A stretch of DNA of 64,000 nt. It comes from Fimbriosthenelais zetlandica (taxonomy: Eukaryota). The stretch lies in the NCBI GenBank assembly GCA_977030845.1, contig OZ365110.1, positions 46,438,001 through 46,502,000 on the forward strand, read 5' to 3'. Positions 25,856 through 39,945 of the stretch are shown one piece after another. Below the pieces are notes generated by a model, which was not told the origin of the DNA, ran no database searches, and saw nothing but the letters and a program-made list of their open reading frames with translations. How positions within the stretch are numbered: the first letter of the stretch is position 1; each line of letters starts with the position of its first letter. The position numbers were made by a program, and so were the translations under genes.

Positions 25856-28800
25856 CTAAACCGATTTTTGAAGAGAAAAATTTGACTTCATTGGAGGGGG
25901 TTTATGTAGGCCTACCTGATCGATTGTAGATCAGATCTGTAGATCGACTGTAGATCAGTACAGAGATTTTTTAAGGTGTTATTCGTTTGATCAGGTGATT
26001 GCACACTCATTACTTCATCAGAATCTGTTGATCAATCGCCATAGTGAAGACAGGTCTTAAAAGTAATGGTAACAATTAACTTGAGTTGAACTTGAGCTTG
26101 TTTGAAATCGATGCGGTCGTTAGTGGGTCAATTCCATAACAAGAGATATGATTATACATTTTGAATGTTATCACTTTTGATCGGTGGATCGGGCCAATGT
26201 TAGACCCATTATAAGGAAACGCAAGACTCGTTACAAAATGCACCTAACCTGCCCCGAAGAAGGAAAAAACATAAACAACATCGCATCATCACCTCTACAA
26301 GCAGTCTGCCTGTCTGGCCCAATTAGAGCCTGTAAAATCTAATTAGAGAACTAATCAAGTAATGCTACTGAGGTTGAGATCAAAAGAGATTCTGTCTAAT
26401 TATGACAACTAGTGCATGGTGCTCGAGGAGGAAGGGAAGAGTAGGCTGAGCAATGTAATTACGGATGGTAGATGAGCAAGGCAAGCTTGAATAGCGAACC
26501 TAACACAATGGGTATCATTAGGAAATATGACATAATGGTATGTCACCTTGCAGTGTTTCTAGTTTGTTTTTAGGTAGAAGGGAATGTACGTATATTATAC
26601 GTTTGATTTGTTTGGGGTTCAATGTCACGGCAACAGACAGGAGGAAACACGCTTTTGATTCTCCAATGCCTCCTTTTCTGGAAAGGCTGCAATGGTTCTC
26701 TTCGTTATATTGACATAATCTTCTGTGATTTAAAGAAACAAAAAATCTATCTACCTCTAATCTATTATAGTTCAATTATACAAGCTCAAATAAGATTGAA
26801 CACGCTAAATAGGTCAGGACAATTACCCTCTAGAACATACTTGAACAATTATCTGATAGCCTTCAGTTGAAGGCAATTCAAACAGACTGCTTTCCTGAAA
26901 CTGACAAATGTCTTAACCCAGAACTGCATGGTTGAAAATGCAACAGTATCTCTGTGTAGTGGCCATAATTATACTATTTGCGACCTTTGTGTAGGGCCGC
27001 AGGACCTACTACTCTGAGCAGCTCCGTTTGAAACCCATGCCTCCCCTTGTTACAATTTCACTTAGTAAGTTAGACATCTTATGGGTTAATAGCCACTGTG
27101 AATATGGACTTGCAATCGCATACAGACTTGCAGGTCAATGCTCAAATCACTGAGCTTCAAGGCATTATATTCAAATCCATATGCGCAGTGGGTAACGGCT
27201 ATAATACTTCTAACATAAGGACCAAACTCACTAGGGCGATTACAATGTCCCTCAGATGACCAAAATGTCTCACTCGTTTTCAAGCCTGATGCTTGTAATT
27301 TGATTAATGGCTTACACCTCGGTAAAGGTACCACCCACTGATTAATTTTGAATCAATATGTGTCAATACAAGGTGAACATTTAATGATCATCGGATGGTC
27401 ACTTGAATTAGTGTGACCTGCCCCTTATCACTGAAATGTCCATCATTTGATACACTGACAGGTCCATGTTTAATGTTTATGATAATAAGTTTATAGACTG
27501 GAAGGTAGAGACTTGTGTTCGGATGTGCTGCTGTTAAAAATGGCTCAGAATCTTGCAAGGATATTATAGACTTGATACAGATTGGTTTCGTGTTTCCCAA
27601 ACTGTTATCATATTGGCTTACTTGTACATGCTCCCCGAATGTAGTAGCTGTGTCGGAGGTGGGTCTAGATACATGTACACTACTCAGTAAAAGTTAGTGA
27701 TACATGTGTACATGCTGGAAAATGAAAATATCTTTCTGGATTTACCAACTGTGCATCTGTATCGAAGTAAGTGACTACTGTGGCAATTAAAGGACAGGTC
27801 CATAGGCATAAACTGCAAGAAGTTTAGTTTTATACTTTTGCTACGATACAGAATATCGATACAGAATATCACATTATTACTGTTATAATATATGTCCAAC
27901 TTTATGTGATCCCTGTAGGGGTGTGTATGAGGGTGACTATTAGTTTGGGGTGAATTAGAAGAACACAAAATCAGAAGCTCAATACAGGTCTAATAGATAT
28001 CCCCCGTGCATCTATGGGAGGGAGTTTTAGAAGGTGGCACTCATCACAGCTTCAGATTATGTTCGCCCATGAACTTTACATATACCCTAACCCCAAGTGG
28101 TCAAATGAGGTCACCTACACAATGTGCAATATGCTTTAAATCACATTCCCCCTTAGTATACTGCCTACAGACGTGGGAATCCCCCTTTCTCAGGCCCCTG
28201 TATAGGGGCACCCTGCCTATTACACTTTATCGATTGCTTTGACTCAGTATGTCGGCCATTAGGTGCCAAGTGAGAAATGCTTATGGAAAGCTGCTTGGGG
28301 CAACTTATGTTGATTATGTTTATCCAGATTTTATTCCTCGAGGACATAGTGGAAGGGTTCTATACTAGGATAGGGTGTCTGGTTTTGGTTTTGAAAGAAT
28401 GTCTGTGCATTGAACATTGGGATACCTTGTATTAACACTGTGTCCCTGTGTCTTTGAAAGTTTAACTGAACTGTGAGCCTTCCTGTGGGTCGATTTATAG
28501 ACCGCCTTAGATCTTACTGAATTGCAAATATATCTAATTGCATGGATTCAAACAATCCAAGGCCAACAATGAATAGTGAAATTTTTAGTCCTTAAGAAAC
28601 AAACATAAGTCTATTTTTTTGCAAGGATCTTTTATTCCAAGGTCTCGAGCAGTCCAAGGCAAAAGTGGAGCTTCTGGAAACCTACACAGTCATTTGGATT
28701 AGGACTATATGCCAATCAACAGATCTATCTACTGGGGCAGATACATGAACTTTTCAATATGCTTTGTAGTATTAGAAAGGATTAGAAATCAACCAATAAC

Positions 28801-29799
28801 CTTCCTATATTGAGATAGTCCACCGGACCCAGAGAGATTAGAACTAAAAACTGGATTTTACATAGGGGTACCACAAAACCTCGAGCTGTGCATGTAACCG
28901 TAAGAGATAATAGGGGTAATGAATCGTACCTGTGCATTGAAGATGAGTGAAGGGCCAGTGGGGAGGTATAGGGGGGAGGGAATGATTGGGGGGCAGCTGC
29001 CGGCCCTTCGTCCCTCTCCTACCGGCCAAATAATATCCCATTGTCCTCCAGTCACCACGTCATTATATTTGGCCGACCCCACTCGCCGGGGATCTCTCTG
29101 GGACCATCTATCTTGTGGTGCTCTAGCAGCACTTGTAAAGGATCACCCCTATCCATTGTCAGTGTCTTATTGTGCCTTTTATCGCCCCATTGATGTATGG
29201 ATCCCTCAAGCGGACAGAGCCTCAACTAAAAGTGTCATACCATTTGAGCTCTTATAACGGTATCTCTTTCTGGCCCATCATCCAAAAGATGGACCGAACG
29301 TAAAAGAGTTATAACATTGCCTTGGCTATTTCTAGGTTCCTCTGAACTACCAAGTACTTATGGTCTTATACTTCTTATGGACGATAAAAGCATTTCTATG
29401 AAGGAATACTCGTATTATATCAGTCTGAATGAGGCTATATGGTGCTCTCTAGAAAGAATATTCCATTTCCGTGTTTGAAAATGATCTTCTATTGATCCTT
29501 GGAATTCCTATTACCTCTGCACTTGTCCTTGGATCTGTACGTACAAAAATCCATACCTATTCTTAGAATGTTTTGCTCTAAGGTAAAATTGATATATAAT
29601 TGATATATTTCATACTGCATGTATGAACTATGGTTAAAATTATAGGCGATATTAGAGTTTGATATTATCTCTGAAAGCTTCTATTAGAACAGGAAGTGGC
29701 CATGCAAATAGGACATGACAAATGAAAAACTGACTACCCGTTACAACACTTCTCCGTTGAAAGCTTTTACCATTTGTTTTAGTTAGATTTAGTGGGCTT

Positions 29800-30130
29800 A
29801 TCCCCGCGTTTGAAGACTCGAGCCCGTGTCGATATAGCTATAAACAAATCCTTTGACGTTGACATGACGTCCAGACTCCAAGACACTTAACAAGACATGA
29901 TATATTACTGTCCCCATAGCAACTACCGGCGGCCATTTTGTATACAGTGGATTTAACCCCAAGGGACTGATGATGAATGACGACGCTAGGTGCCGTGGCG
30001 ACCTTAACCTCAAAATAATGTCAATCATACGCGACCCAGTTCATAAATTTAGCTCCCAGCTGTCGATTTGGATCTCGGAAAGACATTTCCTTATGAATTT
30101 TGATGAAATAAATGAGCCCCAGCACGTCAG
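29800..30130. promoter_or_regulatory. CpG-rich promoter-like region with RFX X-box and YY1 site
   Basis: GTCCCCATAGCAAC (29910-23) matches the X-box consensus GTHNYYATRRNAAC. GGCGGCCATTTTG (29928-40) is the YY1 motif. TGACGT half-sites at ~29855-29870, and local CpG enrichment. Confidence 0.55.
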
Positions 30131-30226
30131 AGTTTGGCTTGGAAAGGACATGTTCAATCTGGTTTCGAAGCATATCTATAAACAAGAGATATGGATCATA
30201 ACATTGGCCTTCTTTTCCCTGCCCAG

Positions 30227-30259
30227 ATGGAAATACCCTTGGCAAGGTTGACGCAGCAT
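30227..30259 (+). other. Candidate 33-nt exon (5' UTR or coding: MEIPLARLTQH or GNTLGKVDAA)
   Basis: Acceptor ccttcttttccctgcccag, donor CAT|gtaagt. Confidence 0.45.
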
Positions 30260-30979
30260 GTAAGTATGATGATGTATCAGGGAAGGCCGGCTGGAAAGCT
30301 GCAGGGGAGGAATTTTGGCCACACAACTCAGTTAGGGTTACCTGAGTTTGAGTGCTATATGCTTCCCACCCTACAAACCTTCTACTATGATGTAGGTTTT
30401 ACTCTCTGGAATCTATCCATACAGCCTTGGAGAAAGAGCAGTTTCACGAGCGACTCCTTTCTTTCATCATTCGCCAAGTTTTTTCTCTCATATTTTCTTT
30501 CACTTCCCATCTTCTTGCAGAGTTGTGTAGGTAATAAATGATTTTGCAATGTACGACCTTGCTTTGTGGCTTTAAATTAGAGCCTGGCATCAAAAGAAAT
30601 GGACGAAAACAAGTGTCAGGGGAAGTTGAAGAGGTGAACTGCTTTGGTTATGAACTGTTGATGTCTTGGTAGAAGCAAGCATACATGCTTAAGTCTTGAG
30701 CACACTGAACCGGTTGTTTCCAATAACTTTGGTTAAGAAAAGTATAGACTTTATATGAATTTGGATGGCCTATCCCATCCAAATCATACATTTACGATTC
30801 ATTAAATCATGCCCTACCGAATCTAATTTGAAAATGGACCAATTTCTTTTAACAGAAACAATGGTTTAATCTATCGGGATGTAGGTACCGATGGGAAAAT
30901 CGATTTGATCCGTTTCTGTTGTAATAGAAAGGCAATGAACTATCCCACCCAGAAAGAATACATTTTTTCCTTCTTTCAG

Positions 30980-31008
30980 TTTATTTTTGGAACAAAGCCG
31001 AAGCAAAG
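30980..31008 (+). other. Candidate 29-nt exon
   Basis: Acceptor ttttttccttctttcag, donor AAG|gttagt. Confidence 0.35.
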
Positions 31009-34000
31009 GTTAGTTTAGCTCATAAATAAACTTTCGCTATATAGAAAACATAAGCTGACATACATTTGATATATGGATGCAACTCAAAAAATGACTTTCA
31101 GACCTAGAAAAGCCATTTGTTTTGTACGAGGAACTCTCTGACGAGCTTATTTTCTGGATTTAGCTAGCTATATGTGGATCTTACTCGGGAATAAGTCAAA
31201 CACAATCCTAGACCATGGATTTTAGGCTCAGCTTTTACTGGATTTGCGAACTTTGAAGCCACCCACCACATTTTGCTGAGCCAAAATCCCCCTGCCTAAA
31301 TATTTCTTATACATCTTTTTATGAAAGAACATCCACAACTCGCCACTTTGTTTAGCCTTCATAAAAAGTCTTTCATTTATTTAGAAAAGGTTTTCTTTTT
31401 ATTGCATCCGCCCTAGAAGGTAAAGCAAAGTAAAAAGTACCATTACTCTCCTGAACTGCCTCCCCCCATGCAGGGGACACGCTGACACAGTGAAACCAAG
31501 AGGCCCAAACTATTACTCTTAAACAAAGCTAGAAAGATGTTGTCCTAGACACCACAATATTGAAGGTATGCCGCAGGTAAAGCATCTGGGGTCTGGTATA
31601 TCTCCCCTTTCGATTGAGGCGTTATCAGTTATGACGTTTGCTCCCTGTGGCTATAGCTTCATTTATGATGAAGTCATTGTTCTGCTTGCCTGAGCAGTAG
31701 ACTGAGCCAGACAGAGATTGTTCTTTGATCTTATCCTCCAGCCCATCTCGTGTTACAGGTCTATGTAAATCTACAGCTCCCTTATCTTATCTGCCAGATA
31801 ATTGTGTCAATATCGCTACCTGCGATTCAGCCGGCAGGTGAGAGTGAAAGAGTGTCCCTTGCTTCTGGTGGCCCTTTCAAAAATGATGTCCCCCTAGATA
31901 ATCTTCGGCTCTGTATCATTTAATTAATGTGTCTTTAATTATTTAACACAATTATCTTATGGATTTAGTATTCAATTGACATTCCATTTTTAAAGAATAA
32001 TGGAAAAATAATATTTCTGAGGCATTTTTGTTCTTTTATCTGGATGTTCTGATTACATTTACATAAAAGTTATGAATAATTTGGCATTTATATGGTTTGC
32101 TGATTGTTTAATGTCCAGTCAGCAATTGCATCTATATCTATATAATTATGATTATTCATGAACAGACCTTTTTATTTCACTAATTTATCTGCTCATTTAT
32201 CTCTTATTGTTCATTTCTACTACATCAAGTTGCCCATACATTATAATTCCTAAATTACACAATCAAAACATGAACATCTAAGTATAAAGAGTTCTTGTAT
32301 GGAAATGTATGCTCACCTGCCTCATATACCAGAGGCTAATACATCCCCTGTGTAAAGATACGATTTCCACTCAGAGAAGAGGGTACACTGAGTCTGGGGG
32401 TTTGATTATGCTTGTGACACCGGCAAGGTGCGAAAACTGGAGTAGGTAAGAAATAACAGAGGAATATGTGTATGGTATCCTATGTCATCCACTATCGTGG
32501 AGGCCACCAAGGACACTGGAACACAACTTTTCAGCCTGCTACTTTACAACGTTGATTTTTTGTCACTTTGTAGAATATCCAGGGGAAATTAATGCTCAGA
32601 TTCTTGTGATGTGCATGGCACCTTATTGTGTGATCTTTTAATTGGATTTCATGAGATTCTGTCCAAAAAAACATGTAAGATTGACAAATCTGTTGATAGT
32701 GTTTTTACCATTGGTAGTAAGATGTTTATTTGTTTTATGTCTCGAGTGCTCTCTCTAAGTTAATATTTAGGTTAACTATTACGAGCTTAGCAGCCTATTC
32801 TGCCTCAGTCATGCAGTGAAATTCCCAACATGATTGTTACGTTTTTATGCAGATTTGATACAGATTCTGTACAGACTTGTCCATTGCTGGGAAATTCCGG
32901 AATGTTCCAACGAATTTTTGCTCGTTTTTCCATTTTGAGGGAGCAACTTGTTTAATCCATACCATAGCAGGAATAGTAACATTAAATATGATACGCTTCC
33001 ACTCCACTAATATATGCACATACCTGTTACAATCGAGAAAATAAACAAGCTTTTCCATGACAGAAGGTATTTGCTCAAGGGAAAACAGGCTAGCATTTCA
33101 TGCTCACCTGCATTATTCCGCTGTATTTGACCGGTATCTATAGCATACAGATATGAAGTATATTAACTATATGAGTACATCAATGTTCACTATAGGGAGG
33201 GCATATGATAAAGGTTTAGGTAGAACTCCCAAACAGTGAGCTCTGCCCAGGCCTTCTATAAGATTTGCAAAAAGGTGGATAAACTTAATCTCTCTAATTC
33301 CTCCTGAGTAGACAAGATATATACATATTCACGAGTGGTATATGAAGTGCTGAGGTAGGGATGTGTATCATTTACTCTATATATAGAGGTGAGTTCATTT
33401 TGAAAGAAGAATTCCCTGGACCTTCCTTATTCATTTTGCAAGAAGCCAGGCTTTTTAAACTTATATTATACATTATGTATACAGACTTATTTAATGAGAG
33501 ACATCAGTATTTGGACGATTTGCGTCCTAAAAATTAACTTTTCAATCCCTAATAGGGTCAGAACCCGAATCACCAAATAATATATACTATGCCTCTTTGG
33601 GATTTTATTTCAACTTTGTATAATATAAGTAAAGTGTGCAATTTGTATCCAAGAACTATTTTCTGGTCCAAAGGTTCAAGGAAAGACTTCAAGCTGCCTT
33701 GTGCTTTGCATGTCCGCCAATGCTTTGGTTAACAGCTGGCCTGAGAGTGTAACACTCAACTCCTTAAAGCAGACCTTTGCCATCTTAAGGACTTAATGCT
33801 AACAGTGCCTGCTAAAAGCTTTGCTCTTTCTTCGATTTGGAAGTGATTACCTTCTATTACTATTAAATTGGGGTGTTCACACTAAGCCGAGTGAGCAGCA
33901 TGTATATTGTGGAGTATGTGGTTAAAGAATATTATTATAGCTGTGATTCATTGTGCATATGGCTTGCTTATTGGCTTGAAGCTCAAATCTTGCAGCAGCT

Positions 34001-36623
34001 GAAAGCTTTGAATCCATAATGCACCTGACCGCAGCATTGACCTTAAAGGCCATGCGCAAGCCCATGTGCGCAGTGGATACTACATGTAGTTGTTAAATAA
34101 CAGTGCCCACATGTCAGTGATAATGATCTGCGAGAAAAATCCAAGAAAGTGCGAAATATATAGGCAAAAAATGGGAAAAATCAAATGTATTTGTTGATCA
34201 AATTTCAACAAACTAGTAGGCCCTAATCAATGGTTTTGTGGCCATTCGTCATAATAACAAACAGGCAAACTCTGTGCCAGTGAGTTCAGTCATTACATGT
34301 AACAGAGGTTTTGAGTTAGGGAATATCAGGGGACCCAAAATCCACTATTTTGACAACGTCAAATTATAGTGAATGAATAAGGGTACAAAGGTTTCTGCAG
34401 CTTGCCTTAAGTCTGGCAGTCTGTCCTGCAGCCATGCTGTATTCCAGACCTGCTGACCAATACACGTTATAACTGGCCCAATAACGGTCTAGTGTTGATT
34501 CTATGGAAACTTGCCCATGTGATTATTACACCCTAGTGACCACTAAGGGTACTAGTGCTCATCATCTTGATGGGAAGGACACGTGACTAGAATTATCTAG
34601 TCATGAGAGACTAATATCAGACCTGTGGCATTATTTCCTGGCAGGGAAAAAGTCAAGAAATGCCATTATTATAACTGTGAAACACGGGGGAAATGGCAGA
34701 AGAGGCAATTGCAAAAAGGCAGTTATTTGCCATGCCAACTTCTGAGAATGTCAAAAAAACCTATACACCTGATATTATTGGTCATAAAACCTTAATAATA
34801 AAGGCAAGAATGTCATGATCCGCCTTCGGTTTTGTCTGGTATGTTCTAAAATATATTGTTAGATATGCTTATGAACACTAATAATAGTTTACCCTATCTT
34901 TAGCATTATATCGGAATTGCTCGAGATAATGGAAGTAAAATTGCTAAACAAGGTTTCTGTTTGAAAGTTTCTACAAATAGACAAATTGAAATTATGAATA
35001 ATATAATTATACGTAGGATTTACTCTAGGAGAACTGGGATTGTTGGGAAATAAATTCGATCTCCAGCTGCAGGAGACATCCTTGAATTGATGTTGGGCTA
35101 AAAGATTCCACTTTGAGAATTGATAGTGTTTTATATTATTAGACGGAAGGGATTGGGATGAGAATTCAAGGTCGCCTAGTAAGGACATAGGATTATGAGA
35201 AGTAATACCTTATTCAATTGAACATGGTTCTACTGAACAAGCAAAATTGTCCCAGCTGTCAATGATACTGGTCTTTTACATCTTTTCATGTAAAAACCAT
35301 CCATTATCGCTCATTACACAGGTATATCCCTCATCCCTCTCACCGCTGCCAACCCAATACATCTATCCTTGACACATTGGCAACCAAACTCGGCCTGGTA
35401 TATTGTAACTACCCACCCACCCACCCACACACACACCTGCAGTTACCTGATACGCAGACCTATCTTTGCGCAGACTATTTCATTGAAAATTAATTTTCAC
35501 CAAATTTAAATTTAATGAATTCCATCCTATTTGTCAATGACTTCTTACCATCCTACGTACTCATGAAGGTATTAGATTGTCATGTGTTGTGATTATAAAA
35601 AATTATAGGTAAAATAGGATGAAAACTGATGAAAAATGAAGGCAAAGGAAATGGATATGAATTTATGGAGATTAGCTGGTCCTTCACACCACACCTCCGC
35701 TGGCCCCATTCACCTTCACACCGACAGGTGTGGGGGATGGCCCGACACGAGCGCGACCTGTCGGCGGGCTAACGCCCTCCACGACGTGCCCTGGAGGTGT
35801 TGTCGTCGAGGAGACACGTCGTCGGAGTCATGGTGACTATAGCGACCATGAGGTCATATATTATCACAGATGGGGGAGGGCAGTGTTTTCAACATGTATT
35901 AATAAAAAAAATCGCCTCTGGGAGGAAAAAAGTTTATGATCTTTCTGCATGGAGTTTAGATTTAAATTCTAAGAAATCGGTTTGGATACTTTAACAGGGC
36001 GTCCACTATCATCATAGACCATTATAAGTTAACTTATGCCATAGAGAAAACGCCTACCATGTAGAAACAAGTAATTTGTAAACTGTGGAAAAACTGTGAA
36101 TCCATACTTGGAGAGTATGAATTAATTTAAATGTGAAAATAATTGGTGAAGCGCTAACGAAATATTTACGCTCATATCTGTTATCCAAAGAAACATATGA
36201 TTTTTGTATTCTGAGATAATCCATCCAAATAACCCCAAAACTAAAGAAGTAATTTAATGGTGTGGTTTTAATGATGATTGTTTAACCTCCAGCAAATTTT
36301 CTTTCATTGGGAACTATAGCCGAGTAGTGGAGGCGAGGCCCGTGGGAGTGAATATTAGGGACTTGGATGGATTATCCCTCGTCGCCTCGGTGCACCTTTT
36401 ACTTTATTAAGGCAGGAATTTGCCGCCTCCAATTGCCCGAGGGCCACTTCCTATTGACCCCTATCTGTCTCAGTGTCACTGGCCAGAGGGAAACCCGACA
36501 CCATTTTAATCAACTTAAAAGGAGCGAAAGCTGTAAATAATGAGCGGAATGAAGGCCAACAGTTGGTGGTGGCTGATTTGACCAGGTGCTGCTGTTTTTT
36601 ATATTTATTTTCTTTCCTCCCAG

Positions 36624-36672
36624 CAGCATTTTTCTTAGGTTCAACTGCCCAAAGCATTTTTCTCTGCCCATG
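36624..36672 (+). other. Candidate exon ending in ATG
   Basis: Very strong acceptor tttattttctttcctcccag (NAGNAG), donor ATG|gtatgc. Confidence 0.35.
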
Positions 36673-37085
36673 GTATGCAACCAGTGCTGCTAACTGGGTT
36701 ATAGAAAGTCAGCCATGTATCCCACTGTCCATGGTGGCATGTAAAAGAACATTGCTGTCGTTTAAGAAGAGCTGACTTTTATACATTTCGATGGCGTATT
36801 TCCTACTTATTAAAATTTTGAGAGTATCAAATAGTTCTGGTCCTCCAAAACGCCCACAGGGAGAGAATGGACACATCAGGATATCAGACATTTGAGACTT
36901 CTTATTGGAATCATCATAAGACCCACACTTTTGTTACTTCTCATCAAAAGGCATATCCATCAATCCCTATCGATTTACCCTGTCATGAAAAGAAATTGAT
37001 CTACATGCACTTTAGATTTCTTGCATCAACTGAGACATCTTGGTCCTATTTGGTTGAAACATTCAGATTTACAAACATTAAGCCT

Positions 37086-37088
<3 letters not shown>

Positions 37089-37133
<45 letters not shown>
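37089..37133. repeat. (CT)n microsatellite
   Basis: About 22 CT units with one interruption. Confidence 0.95.
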
Positions 37134-38381
37134 AAACACCTTAAAATCTCTAAGTACTTAAGCAAGGACCAGTCTGCCAGTGACAACTTACTTGGAACAC
37201 TCTAGTTGTCCATTTATTTATTCTCTAGTTCAGACAATTATGATTTAGATGAACAAGATTGTGCACTTGGAAAGCACTTTGCTGTACATGTAATCTGTTT
37301 TATAGACTGTCAATGTGCCATCCAATCCTCCTATATCAAGGCTTAAGTAGACTGGACTTTTCATGGGTCTTGCATATGTAATAAAGTCATCTATGTCGAT
37401 ATAAAGACTATAGGTTTTGGCCTAGTACTTTTTCTGCTCGTGTAAGTAGCCTAAGATATATTGCAGGAAATGTTTGATTTGGGGTATCTGGCCTTTGTCA
37501 TTTCTACTGACTGCTTCAGTCTTGCAATCCATTACATTTTACTGATCGAGTTATCTCTCTTAGCATCTGACCAAGTTCATGTGCAAAAATGTTTTTGACA
37601 GATTGTGATATAATGATCTACTTGGCACTGCTGCGACCAAGTTATCAATAGAGTTCTGAGTCCTCCTCCTCTTGCTGTTAACTGGGGTATCGAAGGTCAG
37701 CAATGTCTCACACTGTCTATGTTGAAGACATGTAAAAGAACCACTACAGTCGTCCGGGAAGATCGAGCATCCCTTTGTGCACCAACAGCGTGCATGCTTC
37801 CATCTCCTCCTGACATAGCTAAAAAAGCTATTAGAACAAACATAGGGGCGGAGTGCCAGTGTCAACCCTGTGATTTTTCTTGGCAGGGTCCAGCCCTTTT
37901 TGCCCCTAACCTCCCCCAATTATTATTTGATTTCCACAAAATCAACACATACCATAATGGAAGGTCCTACATACCCCCTTAATCGTCCCCCATTGAAAAT
38001 GCATTGAAGGCTATAATGTACCCCTCAATGTTATTCTATAGTTGAATGATGCTCTATACTGATGACTGATACAATGTAGAGGAGGTCAGTGGTGGTCAAG
38101 TGGGTGTGTCCACTTTGTATATCATGCTCCAACATGGTCAGACACATGCTATATACATACCATATGCTGACCAAAGCTTAGGAGGTCAAACACGAGTCAT
38201 TAAACTTAGTTCCAAGTAGGAATGACATTGATGGTCCGTTAAAGATAATGATGTGTGACCACATACATCAGCATTGATTCATATCATTTCTATATTAGAA
38301 AATGAAAGACACGTTTTGCTCTGTCAGTATAGTATTTGAACACTTACTTTTCTCTCTAAACATTGAAGTTCTTGTGTCTTC

Positions 38382-38447
38382 ATTTGAAAGTCCATTTTGA
38401 AAGTCCATTTTGGAAATCCATTTTGGAAGTCCATTTGGAAAGTCCAT
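38382..38447. repeat. 13-bp minisatellite x5
   Basis: TGAAAGTCCATTT-like units. Confidence 0.85.
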
Positions 38448-39945
38448 CTGCAGTGGAAAAATTCCACCTTTTTACTTGATCTGACAAATACAAGGTATCT
38501 TTATTTTTTCAACTGTTAACATCTTTTTTATTCAGATGGATTACATTCTAATTATTCGAAAATCTACCACGATTCATGGGGGCGTTGGTAGGCAATATAA
38601 AATAACATTAATTTCATAATCCTCTCTCCTGCTGTTACAATATGCCTGCCTCAGTTATAGAATTCTTCAGATAACACCATTTAGCTAAGAGCCCGAGTAA
38701 ATTGCCTCGCCCACAACCAGAGCTCCCAGTCTTATATTTGGCTGATTGCATTCCGTATTTTCCAATTAACCAGCCGGTTATTTCAGCCCATGATCGGCGG
38801 TTGATTTTCATTTTCAATTCATTAACAGCGAACATTGCTGGAGGAGAGAAAGGCGTTCTTGTGGCAGATAGTTTTGTATCTCCCCAGAAGGAAATCTGGA
38901 GTTTGTAATTTGAGTGCAGTGCTCATCTAGTTAGTCGTAGGAGATATCAATAGATCTGATGGGGTAGAGTTGCATGAAAGAATTGTATGCTATAGAATGA
39001 ATGATTGGGAAGTGCTCAATGGGTGGGATAGGAAGTGGTTGATAACCGTTATCCACTGTGCATATAAGGACTTGCAACAGGCTTGCAGCCCAGTGCCTTG
39101 AGATAGGCCACAATCAACTGTCTCCATGATGCAAATGACTGCAGCCTATCCCACACTATTGGAGCTGCAAGACCATATACGCAATACCATATTCCCAGTG
39201 GCTAACGACTATCATAGCCTCTGTCCACTGAGCATAAAGGTTTGCATACCTACTTGCAGCTCAATGCAGTCCGCAGCCTATTATAGGCATGGCTATTGGA
39301 TGGAATGCACGTAAAGAAGTTATGGGTCTTGATCTAATTGTCTCGTCAAGCCCCCATCCTCTAAGAGCAATATCATCACCAGCAATCCATCACAACTGTC
39401 CGCTGGGAACTCATTCTACTTATTCATTACCTGGGTCCGTATCAATGAGCGCAGTTGCCAAATGGGCCGCAATTGGCGAAGAAAAAGCATTTTGGAACTC
39501 TTCAAGTGACAAACGGTCGTCGCTTGCAGAACATGCTCAATTTTGCATCGCAAATGAAGGCTGTTATGGTGGCCAAGTGGCAAAGTGATGCTATTAATTT
39601 GTACAACTACACTTTATTTTCATTGCCTCTCATGCCCGTGCAGGCATGGAGAAATAATTATAAAACTAGAGATATTGATATGATAAGAAAATAATTTGTT
39701 ATACACATTGCATATTGCAAGGTCATTGCAGAGTTGGGCTGAATCTTTAATTCGATTACAAAGCATATTAATATGCATTCAACAACAGAACAGTGTTTAT
39801 CTTTTTCCATTCCAATCTCTTCAGTGTGCTTGAACATTATTTTTTCTTTCGAATCCTCGAGACCATGAATCAGGGACCCATTTTTTTCAAATTCGAGCTA
39901 ACATGAATGAGAGACTTAACATGTTTTTTTTCTTTCAAATTCCAG

